Shown here one piece after another: positions 27,620 to 35,439 of a DNA stretch of 64,000 bases. Origin of the DNA: an uncultured Spirochaetaceae bacterium (GTDB lineage Bacteria; Myxococcota_A; UBA9160; UBA4427). The notes beneath the pieces are model-generated. The model saw only the letters and a list, made by a program, of their open reading frames with translations, did no database searches and was not told the DNA's origin. Within the stretch, counting starts at the first letter, position 1; each line of letters opens with the position of its first letter. The translations under genes and the position numbers were made by a program. The stretch is from the NCBI GenBank assembly GCA_964565565.1, contig CAZMFM010000002.1:27674-91673 (forward strand), written 5' to 3'.

Positions 27620-29449
27620 ATGAACTACTTCTCGACTGGATCCACCCGCAATGTTTCGCCCGGCCTCGATCGGCCAGGGAGTCGACGACGCGCACAACAG
27701 ATGCTGGCTTTGGCAATGCTCCACGCCGGCCTGGCCACGATCCTCTCCGCCTGTGGCGGAGGGGGCAGCGGCGCCAGCGACCCGACTGCCGCCGCGCTCG
27801 CTGCACAGGCCGATTCGAGCTGGCGTGTCGAGCTGACGGGAACCCCGAGTTATGCGATCTGGGGAGCCGGACCCGACGACCTCTTCATCGAAGGAGGCGA
27901 CGGATTCATCGTCCACTACGACGGAACGGATTTCGTCGCTCAGGCGATTCCCGTCGACGACACCGTGCGGGCGATCTGGGGTTTTGCGAGTGACGACGTC
28001 TACGCGATTTCAGGTGACGAGATCCTGTACTTCGATGGCGATGAATGGCAGAGCGTGTACCAGGCGTCGAACATCCTCCTGGATATCTGGGGATCTGGAC
28101 CGGACGGGATTCACGCTGTGGGTGTGAGCGGATTGGCCGTCTACTTCGATGGGGCGTTCTGGTCCGAACTCGAAACCGGTGTGACCTGGAGTCTCGAACA
28201 GGTCGAGGGCCCCCGGCAAAACCTGGTCTACGCGGTGAGCCGTTCGCCGGGCGGTCTCGAACAGATCCTTCGTTTCGATGGATCGACGTGGCGGGTGCAG
28301 ACCGTGAGTGGCGCCTTCCAGATCGGGGCATTGGCGGCGAATCCCGAGACGGGGCGGATCTTCATGGGCGACTCCACGGGCTTCCTGTTCGTGGGAAGCG
28401 GCAGTTCGTTCGCCGACTTCTCCACGGTGGGCCGCCGGGTGGAGACCCTGGCGATCGCAACAGAATTCGAACTCTTCGGCACAGATGATCTCGGACGGAT
28501 CTTCCTCTGGGCCAACAGGAGTAGTGTGGACCGCTTCAGTTTCCCCGCGGCCGTACAAACGGTGTGGGCTTCGCCGTGGGGGTACACGTATGGAGTCGGA
28601 GACGCCGGCCAGATCGTCTTCGACGACGGTGCCGAATGGAACGTGCTTCGCCCGGGGTTTGAAGTGGACTCGTTGAGGACGGTATTCGGTGCGCCCGATG
28701 GTGCGCTCTTCACACTGGGCGATCCGGCTCTCTTCTTCGACACCGAGGCAGACGTCTGGGTCAAGGCGCCTCGGGAAGACCCGTCTGCCGGAAGCGCTGG
28801 CTCGGCGGTTTCGCGGGACTTCGCCGTCGACGTGGGATTCGGGGGCGGCATCAATCATTGGGACGGGGTGCGTTGGACGGACGTGCCGAGCCCGACGACG
28901 CAACCGCTTCGGGACGTCTTCGCCGCGAGCGAGACGGATGCCTTCGCGGTGGGTTTCTTCGGGGCGGTTCTTCACTACGACGGGGACCTTTGGTCGCAGA
29001 CGACGTCTCTTGGTGGCGGGTTGAACGGGGTCCATGGAACGGCGCCGGATGACGTGTTTGCCTGCGGTCAGGTCGGTCAGGTCTTCCACTACGATGGAAG
29101 CGTCTGGGGAAGAATGCGGTCCCCGACCTCGCAGACCCTGAACGCGATCTGGGCGGTCTCTGCTTCGAACGTATTTGCGGTGGGCGGCGGAGGAACCGTG
29201 ATTCACTACGACGGCATGAGCTGGGAAGCGATGGCGGTCCCGACCAGCGAGACGCTCGTGGACGTATGGGCGCGCGGTCCGAACTCGGTCTACGCCCTGT
29301 CGGCCGGCGGTGCCGTATTCCGCTTCGATGGCGAATCATGGACGGCGCGCAGAAGTCCCTCCGGCGGCCTCGCGACCAGTCTCTGGGGAACCGACGATGG
29401 TCTGCTCGCCACCGGCCGGGACGGCTATCTCTTCCGAAGTAATTTGTAG
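27620..29449 (+). CDS. beta-propeller repeat lipoprotein
   Basis: Lipobox ATILSAC followed by a Gly linker. About 12 repeats of the type ..(V/I)WG.(G/A).(D/N)D(V/L)(Y/F)A(V/I)G..G.(I/V).H(Y/F)DG..W.. The first roughly 12 codons are shared with 26475 through the duplication. Confidence 0.8.
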   Translation: MNYFSTGSTRNVSPGLDRPGSRRRAQQMLALAMLHAGLATILSACGGGGSGASDPTAAALAAQADSSWRVELTGTPSYAIWGAGPDDLFIEGGDGFIVHYDGTDFVAQAIPVDDTVRAIWGFASDDVYAISGDEILYFDGDEWQSVYQASNILLDIWGSGPDGIHAVGVSGLAVYFDGAFWSELETGVTWSLEQVEGPRQNLVYAVSRSPGGLEQILRFDGSTWRVQTVSGAFQIGALAANPETGRIFMGDSTGFLFVGSGSSFADFSTVGRRVETLAIATEFELFGTDDLGRIFLWANRSSVDRFSFPAAVQTVWASPWGYTYGVGDAGQIVFDDGAEWNVLRPGFEVDSLRTVFGAPDGALFTLGDPALFFDTEADVWVKAPREDPSAGSAGSAVSRDFAVDVGFGGGINHWDGVRWTDVPSPTTQPLRDVFAASETDAFAVGFFGAVLHYDGDLWSQTTSLGGGLNGVHGTAPDDVFACGQVGQVFHYDGSVWGRMRSPTSQTLNAIWAVSASNVFAVGGGGTVIHYDGMSWEAMAVPTSETLVDVWARGPNSVYALSAGGAVFRFDGESWTARRSPSGGLATSLWGTDDGLLATGRDGYLFRSNL

Positions 29450-29615
29450 GCTGAAGGCGAGCACTCCGGAGGGGACGAACTACGCCTCGGTCTAGTCGTG
29501 ACTAACATGCCTCGATCGAGAGCACACGGAGTGGGGAAGATCCTCTGTGCGGAATGCTTTCCCTTGTCTGCCCGTCGCGCGAAGTGCCAGTCGGCCTGGC
29601 CGGGACTTTGCGCCG

Positions 29616-29711
29616 GAACCCACGGCGGTATTCGGCGGCTGTCCCGATCTCGAGAAATCCTTCGCTCACCCCACGCCCCACCAGTCCATCGACGGCTCGA
29701 CCCAGATCGGC
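29616..29711 (-). pseudogene. possible second, strongly decayed LuxR-HTH remnant
   Basis: Minus-strand ..DGLVGRGVSEGFLEIGTAAEYRRGF.. compared with ..LMAKGLTNKEIGGVLEISPGTAKVHV.. The DNA shares GATCTCGAGAA and flanking similarity with copies 1 and 2. The evidence is weak. Confidence 0.3.
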
Positions 29712-29813
29712 GACATATCCGCTCAGTATCTGAAGTGCATACCCGTTTCGGAATGGTAGGTCGGCCCGTAGCGGGCTCGTGCCGAGTGGCCCGAAACCCA
29801 TCGGCCGAGGTGG

Positions 29814-29830
29814 ATAGGCCAATCGGGCTA
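29814..29830. promoter_or_regulatory. quasi-palindromic box ATAGGCCAATCGGGCTA, copy C (inverted orientation)
   Basis: Its reverse complement, TAGCCCGATTGGCCTAT, matches boxes A and B. The flanks are not alignable with A or B. 72 nt separate it from the ATG at 29903. Confidence 0.35.
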
Positions 29831-29902
29831 GAGACGCGAACACCGCTTTGGCCCATTGTGCTCTTCGACGCCCACGATCCCTCGGCGTCGAGGAGACACA
29901 GC

Positions 29903-30940
29903 ATGATTCGCAACCTCTTGAATTCCACTCTCACGATGGCGATCTTGATCGTCACGGCGACGGCCTCGGGTCAGGCCCCTTACGATCCCGCCGACCCGCT
30001 CGGCGGGGAGCGCATGCTCCTGCCTTCCAACGAGATCATGGCGCTCCGCGCCGAACCCGTGTTGACGCCGCGGCTCTACGATGCGCTGGGGGACGCCGAC
30101 ATAGATGGTGTCATACGGACCGAAGTCTTCACGCCGCCCACCGGCTACCGAGGCGAGGGTTACGACTTCGACGGCGTCGCCGCCGATTTCGATCACGACG
30201 GGGTCGACGAGTTCGCCTACGCCTACGAAGCCGCAGATGGACGCGCCTATTTGCGCATCATGGAGACGGACGAAGGTCCGGGGGGCACGGTCTCGGGGCT
30301 CTACGCCGCGTACGAACCGATGGGTGGCGACCTCTACGATCGGCAGATCCGGCTCGTCGCGGGCAACATGGACGCAGACGCGAATCTTGAACTCGTCCTC
30401 GCCTATCAAACCTGGAATGGCGGTACTCACCTCGAATTCATCGAAGTCGATTCGGCGACCCTCGAGCCGTCACTCGTCGCGCGGTTCCCGGATGGCGACC
30501 CGGTCGGTCACCCTAACGGCGAATCCCTCTGTACTGGCATTTGGGGTGGGGGTATTGCGAAGCGGCGCTTCGACATCGCGCTGGCGGATCTTGACGGCGA
30601 CCAGTACGACGATCTCGTCCACGCGCGGCTCTCGCACGCTTGCGGCGGCGGCATCGGGGCTTACACTTCTTCGGTGAAGGTCCAGCTCTGGATCGGCTCT
30701 GGGGGGGTGCCCGCATATGTCGGCTCCATGCTGATAATGGGAAGATCCTTATCAATAACCGATACCAATGATTTCTGGGATGCACTCGCGATCGCTGTCG
30801 GCGACTTCGACGGAGGTCAGCCGAACAAACAGATCGCGGTCGTCGCGAAGAGCATCTTCTCCGGGAGGCGTGAACTGGTAGCTCAGTTCGTCGCAGCTCC
30901 TTTGGCAACCGGGCTTCAGGTGGCCTTCGAAGATCCGTAG
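29903..30940 (+). CDS. secreted FG-GAP/VCBS-like repeat protein, N-terminal part of an interrupted gene
   Basis: Signal peptide MIRNLLNSTLTMAILIVTATASG. Repeats ..ADFDHDGVDEFAY.., ..GNMDADANLELVLAY.., ..ADLDGDQYDDLVH.., ..VGDFDGGQPNKQIAVV.. It ends at TAG 30938-30940, in the same frame as the next ORF. Confidence 0.75.
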   Translation: MIRNLLNSTLTMAILIVTATASGQAPYDPADPLGGERMLLPSNEIMALRAEPVLTPRLYDALGDADIDGVIRTEVFTPPTGYRGEGYDFDGVAADFDHDGVDEFAYAYEAADGRAYLRIMETDEGPGGTVSGLYAAYEPMGGDLYDRQIRLVAGNMDADANLELVLAYQTWNGGTHLEFIEVDSATLEPSLVARFPDGDPVGHPNGESLCTGIWGGGIAKRRFDIALADLDGDQYDDLVHARLSHACGGGIGAYTSSVKVQLWIGSGGVPAYVGSMLIMGRSLSITDTNDFWDALAIAVGDFDGGQPNKQIAVVAKSIFSGRRELVAQFVAAPLATGLQVAFEDP

Positions 30941-31210
30941 AATCCCGGAAATCCGCAGCTTCCACAGACGTTCGAGACCAACACCTATTCGATTGGCCAG
31001 GACCGACGTCTCGATCTCGATTCGGCCGATCTTGATCTCGACGGCCGGTCCGAGCTCATCACGCTCGAAGGACACCGCCTCTACATCCACACGACGGACA
31101 CATCGAATCTTCTCGGACGCACCAGCTCCGCGGCTGCGAGTATCGGAAACATCGGGGCGAGCAACGATGCTGGGATCGGGCGGCTGGTCGTCGCCGACCT
31201 CGATTCCAGT
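30941..31210 (+). other. 90 codons of open, repeat-encoding frame between the in-frame TAG and the first possible start codon
   Basis: Translation NPGNPQLPQTFETNTYSIGQDRRLDLDSADLDLDGRSELITLEGHRLYIH...IGRLVVADLDSS continues the FG-GAP-like repeats. There is no in-frame ATG, GTG or TTG. Confidence 0.7.
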
Positions 31211-33067
31211 GTGAGCGAGACGTTCATGCCCGAGATCGGCGTCGCGAATGCGACCGATCTCACGCTGGACATCTTTCGTCCCTCGAAGGATCCCAATAGC
31301 GGAGCCTGGTCGCTCGCAAAGATCGCCGCGCCTTTTCTCACCAGCGAGATGAGTGCCGCCATGTCGTTGGTCGCGCTCAACGTCGACAACGACGGCGTCT
31401 ATCTTGGGCAGCCCACCAGCGAAACGCGCGAAGCGCTCTTCCAGCCGGTCGTGTTCCTGAATTCGCCACCGGTCCATTTTGACGTCATCGACGGCCAGGT
31501 CTACGACGTGAACGGATGCTGGGATGCTGACGAATGCGAACACGAGGCGTATTTCTCGACGACGACAGTCGAGGAGATGCAGATCGCAACGGAGGTGACC
31601 GCCGACTGGTCCGTCTCGAACGAGCTGCGGGCTTCGGCCGGCGTCCAACTCGGGTTCATCGAGGCCTCCGTCGAAGCGACATTCGAGACGGAGTTCGGCG
31701 GTGGCTTCTCCCGGACCCAGTCGGAGAGTACGGTCCTGACGGTCAGTCTGGGGGCGCTGGCGGCTCGCGAGGACATGGTCTTCGGGACGTTGTCCGACTA
31801 CGCGGTGATCGAGTATCCGATCTATGCCGACACCAATTTGACCCAGCCGATCACGCACGTCGTGGCCGTTGTTCCGGGCGCGGTCAGCCAGGCCTGGCGA
31901 ACACTCAAGTCGATCACGGACTTCGGTGTGCTCCAGAATCACGAGCCCGGCAATCTCCTCTCGTACAGCGCCAGCCCGGAACCCTTCGACAACGCGATGG
32001 CCGAAGTCGACCTGCCCTTTGGCAATCTCGGCCCGAGTCTGCAGATCTCAGAGAATTCCCAATATGACTGGTTCCTCGACTTCACGAGCGTCGCTGCGAA
32101 CGAGAGTACGCAATCGTCCCAGCAGTCCGTCTCGGCGGGCGTCGACGCGGAAGTCGGAGGCGGCCTGTTCGGCGTCACGGCGAGCATTGGGGCGTCCGTC
32201 GACGGCAGCTATGGCAGTGGCGGACTCAACACCCACACGACGGTCGTGACTGAGCAAAATACGCTCGCGGTGACGCTGACCAGCATCGAGAGTGACCTGC
32301 CGGTCGACGGATTCCAGACGAGTTCGGATTGGGCCACATATTTCGTCACGCCCTACGCCTTCTGGAGTTATTCCGGGGCGCTGGTCGTCGACTACGGTGT
32401 CGAGTTGCCCGAGGGCTTGTCGAGTGCGCCGAGCTTTTGGAGGGAGCTCTATGGGCTCGAACCCGATCTCACCTGGTCGATGCCCTGGCGGCTCGACGCG
32501 GTAAAGGAGGGACTCGCGAACGAGGTCTTGTTGGCGGAGCGCACGCGCGATCTGATCGCGTTCCCGGCGCTGCCCGGGTTCGCGGAGACCGTGACGATCC
32601 AGGCCCGGGTCCAGAACTACAGCTTGGTCTCGGCCGAGGTGCCCGTCGTGCACTTCTACCGGGGTGACTCATCGGGTCCCGTCGACTTCCTCGGGATGGG
32701 TCTCTTCGATCCAGCGCTCACGGAAATCGCGGCGCGGGGCGACGCGGTCGCCATCCTGGAGGACTTTGCCCCGCCGAGCGGGATCGATCCGCAGTCGAGG
32801 ATCTACGCCGTAATTCACTCGACCGGGGAGATGCGCCTCGACAACAACCAGGCTTGGAACTTCGCGGGCTTCAGATCGCTGCCGAGCTGTGCCAATGGCC
32901 TGGACGACGATGGCGATGGAGACATCGATGCCGAGGACGACGAGTGTCAGGGCGCAGGCGAGGTTCACGAGGTGCCGGAGCCCGGCTTCGGTCTGGCGCT
33001 TTCAGTCGGCGCGCTCGGGTTGGGTGTGATGCGCCGGCGCACATGCGTAGCGATTGGGAGGGTGTAG
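31211..33067 (+). CDS. C-terminal part of the interrupted FG-GAP protein, ending in PEP-CTERM
   Basis: No signal peptide after GTG 31211 or ATG 31226. Acidic DDDGDGDIDAEDDEC segment. C-terminus ..EVHEVPEPGFGLALSVGALGLGVMRRRTCVAIGRV*. Confidence 0.75.
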   Translation: MSETFMPEIGVANATDLTLDIFRPSKDPNSGAWSLAKIAAPFLTSEMSAAMSLVALNVDNDGVYLGQPTSETREALFQPVVFLNSPPVHFDVIDGQVYDVNGCWDADECEHEAYFSTTTVEEMQIATEVTADWSVSNELRASAGVQLGFIEASVEATFETEFGGGFSRTQSESTVLTVSLGALAAREDMVFGTLSDYAVIEYPIYADTNLTQPITHVVAVVPGAVSQAWRTLKSITDFGVLQNHEPGNLLSYSASPEPFDNAMAEVDLPFGNLGPSLQISENSQYDWFLDFTSVAANESTQSSQQSVSAGVDAEVGGGLFGVTASIGASVDGSYGSGGLNTHTTVVTEQNTLAVTLTSIESDLPVDGFQTSSDWATYFVTPYAFWSYSGALVVDYGVELPEGLSSAPSFWRELYGLEPDLTWSMPWRLDAVKEGLANEVLLAERTRDLIAFPALPGFAETVTIQARVQNYSLVSAEVPVVHFYRGDSSGPVDFLGMGLFDPALTEIAARGDAVAILEDFAPPSGIDPQSRIYAVIHSTGEMRLDNNQAWNFAGFRSLPSCANGLDDDGDGDIDAEDDECQGAGEVHEVPEPGFGLALSVGALGLGVMRRRTCVAIGRV

Positions 33068-33336
33068 TCGACGGGGCCTTGGGGGCGAGGCCTGCCGCTC
33101 ATCGCCGGTCCGCTGGCATACTTCCGCGAGGAAACGCCAAGCGAATGCAATCGAGTCGCAGACCTGTCTCAATAACGATCTTGGCTGAAGTCCCCTGAAC
33201 CCGACATCGGAATTCGGTCCGATTTGATGGGACGGATTCGACTACTGGAGTCATAGAATCGATTCAAACGGAGGCACAAGGTCCTTCCGGCCACAATTTC
33301 CATTGTCCTCGAATACCCTATCGTCTGGGCGATTCG

Positions 33337-34824
33337 ATGGAATGGAAAACATTTGTGGACTCTCCCGGTTCTTCCGCCGACGCCCTGCTCACTCCGCGCC
33401 AGCTCAACGTGCTCGAGTTGGTGGCCAAGGGGCTCACCAATCCCGAAATTGCGAATGTGCTGGGGATTGCCCGAGGCACCGTAAAAGTCCACGTCGCGGC
33501 CGTGATCGAAGCCCTGGACGTCACGAATCGGACGGAAGCCGCGACGCGGCTACATGAACTCGGCCTCGCGAGCCAATCGTTCGCAACGCCCGAAGCATTC
33601 CATGTCGACGGCTTCGGTTCTCGCCCAGCGATCGCCGTCTTGCCCTTCGACAGCTTTTCGAGCGATCCAGAGCACGCTCTTTTTGCGGATGGATTCGTCG
33701 AGGACCTGATTACGCGACTGGCTGGTTGGCGCTGGTTTCCGGTGATTGCCCGAAACTCGACTCTTGCGTACAAGGGCCGTGCAACCGACATGAAGGAAGT
33801 GGCTCGCGCACTCGGTGCAGGCTACTTGGTCGAGGGCAGCGTTCGGCGCACCGGTGATCGTCTCCGCATAACGGTCCAGGTGATCGACGGCGCGACGAAC
33901 GTGCATGTCTGGGCGAATCGATATGAATGCGCGCTCGATGAGATCTTCGATGTCAGTGACTCGATCGTCGACTCGATCGTGGCCACGTTACAACCGGCGC
34001 TCGTCAAGATTGGTGGGCTCAAGCTGAAAAAGCACAAGCCCGACGATCTCGATGCCTGGCAGACGTGCGAACGCGCCTGGTCCGAGGCGACCGGCCATAC
34101 GCCCGATGGCTATCGGCGCGCACAAGAACTGCTCGACCGAGTACTCGGTGTCGACCCCGGGTTTGCGGTTGCCCACCAGATGACGCTCTCGTGTCAGTTT
34201 AACGTGTGGCAGCTCGGAAGCGTTGAGGAGGCCGCGGAGGCTTTGGGTCGGATCAATGCATCCGCCCAATCGCTCACGGACGGCGACCCGAACGATCCTT
34301 GGGCGCATTTCGCAAATGCAATCGCTTCGCTCTTCGAAGGAGATCGCAACACTGCGCTTTCGACGATCGACCGGGCCATCGAACTTCAGCCCAGCCTTGC
34401 CTGGGCCATTTCGTCGCGGGGAATGATTTTGAATGCGCTGGGACGAAGCGAGGAAGCACTCGTCGAGCACGATCGAGCGATTCGTCTCTCTCCATACGAC
34501 CCCATACGCGGAATGTTCTCCGCCGGTCGAGCAGGAAGCCTGTCGGTCATGGGACGTTTCGAAGAGAGCGAGGCGACCCTGCGCAGCGTGCTGGGCGAGA
34601 TGCCGGGCCTCCCCTACGCACATGCTGTGCTCATTCCGATCCTCGTGGGCTTCGGCAGGGCCGATGAGGCTCGAGCCCTGGCCGATCGGATGCACGAGAT
34701 CGCTCCCGACTATTCGCCCCAGCGCTCGGTCCGCGCGATGCTCGCACCCGAGGCACGAAAACTGGTGTTGGCCATGTGGGCGTTGCTCGGGATTGAAGAC
34801 GATGGGTCGGGGCCGCGGGTGTAG
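33337..34824 (+). CDS. LuxR/GerE-type HTH regulator fused to a TolB-like module and TPR repeats (copy 2, paralogue of 24838..26286)
   Basis: LTPRQLNVLELVAKGLTNPEIANVLGIARGTVKVHVAAVIEAL, then AIAVLPFDSFSSD..FADGFVEDLITRLAG..VIARNSTLAYK..YLVEGSVRRTGDRLRITVQVID..HVWANRYE, then TPR-like helices. Confidence 0.85.
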   Translation: MEWKTFVDSPGSSADALLTPRQLNVLELVAKGLTNPEIANVLGIARGTVKVHVAAVIEALDVTNRTEAATRLHELGLASQSFATPEAFHVDGFGSRPAIAVLPFDSFSSDPEHALFADGFVEDLITRLAGWRWFPVIARNSTLAYKGRATDMKEVARALGAGYLVEGSVRRTGDRLRITVQVIDGATNVHVWANRYECALDEIFDVSDSIVDSIVATLQPALVKIGGLKLKKHKPDDLDAWQTCERAWSEATGHTPDGYRRAQELLDRVLGVDPGFAVAHQMTLSCQFNVWQLGSVEEAAEALGRINASAQSLTDGDPNDPWAHFANAIASLFEGDRNTALSTIDRAIELQPSLAWAISSRGMILNALGRSEEALVEHDRAIRLSPYDPIRGMFSAGRAGSLSVMGRFEESEATLRSVLGEMPGLPYAHAVLIPILVGFGRADEARALADRMHEIAPDYSPQRSVRAMLAPEARKLVLAMWALLGIEDDGSGPRV

Positions 34825-34950
34825 GCGCAGACGAGCGTTAGGTCGAGGGGACCGCTTCGGCGCGTATCGAGATAGTCCCGGAGTACGGGGCAGGACGATT
34901 CGGCTTCGATCGGAGTTGGGTTGCCCTGGCCTTGCTTGTCTGTCGTGTGA

Positions 34951-35439
34951 ATGGCTCCGGGATTACCGGAGGCTTTGGGAGAGCGGGAGAGATTTGCTTT
35001 GTCGAATGAACAAATCGTAAGAGATGCTTGCCGCGTGATCTGGAGTGAGGGAGATCTTTCCCGAATCAGTGAGTTCTACGCGGAGGACTTCGTGGCCGAC
35101 TATCCAATGACGGATTGGGGAGTTGGACTCGAGGGAATCCGGGAGCTTGCAGCCGGGCTACGCTTGTCGTTTCCTGACTATCGTGAACAGATCGATGAAC
35201 TCTTCAACGACGGCGAGAATGTCGTCGTACGCCTGACGATTCGAGGGACGCAGAACGGTCCGCTCGCTGGATTTCCGGCCAGCGGGAAGACTGTTGAGTT
35301 CAGGGACGTTTCGATCCTGCGGGTTGTGGACGGCAAGATCGCCGAACAACGAGGGTTGAGTGATCTGCTTTCGATCTATCTGCAGTTGGGCGTGATCGAA
35401 TTGCCGGCGGCGTCGGCTGGAGTGCGAGACGATGGCTGA
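34951..35439 (+). CDS. SnoaL-like ester cyclase family protein
   Basis: ..FYAEDFVADYP...GLEGIRELAAGLRLSFPDYREQIDELFNDGENVVVRLTIRGTQNGPLAGFPASGKTVEFRDVSILRVVDGKIAE.. is the classic ester-cyclase pattern. The start is uncertain. Confidence 0.7.
   Translation: MAPGLPEALGERERFALSNEQIVRDACRVIWSEGDLSRISEFYAEDFVADYPMTDWGVGLEGIRELAAGLRLSFPDYREQIDELFNDGENVVVRLTIRGTQNGPLAGFPASGKTVEFRDVSILRVVDGKIAEQRGLSDLLSIYLQLGVIELPAASAGVRDDG

Noticed and set aside
30938-30940. In-frame TAG as pyrrolysine or a reassigned sense codon
   Set aside because: TAG is used as a normal terminator by other well-defined genes in the window (for example 3526..4224 and 57631..59643). No pyl genes are present in the window. Nonsense mutation, error or leaky read-through are more parsimonious.
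31600-32300. Ser/Thr/Gly-rich alternating stretches in the FG-GAP/PEP-CTERM protein (..STQSSQQSVSAGVDAEVGGGLFGVTASIGASVDGSYGSGG..) that resemble the insertion hairpins of beta-pore-forming toxins
   Set aside because: This is only a compositional impression, and I recognised no family-specific motif. It would need profile or structure prediction before any claim.
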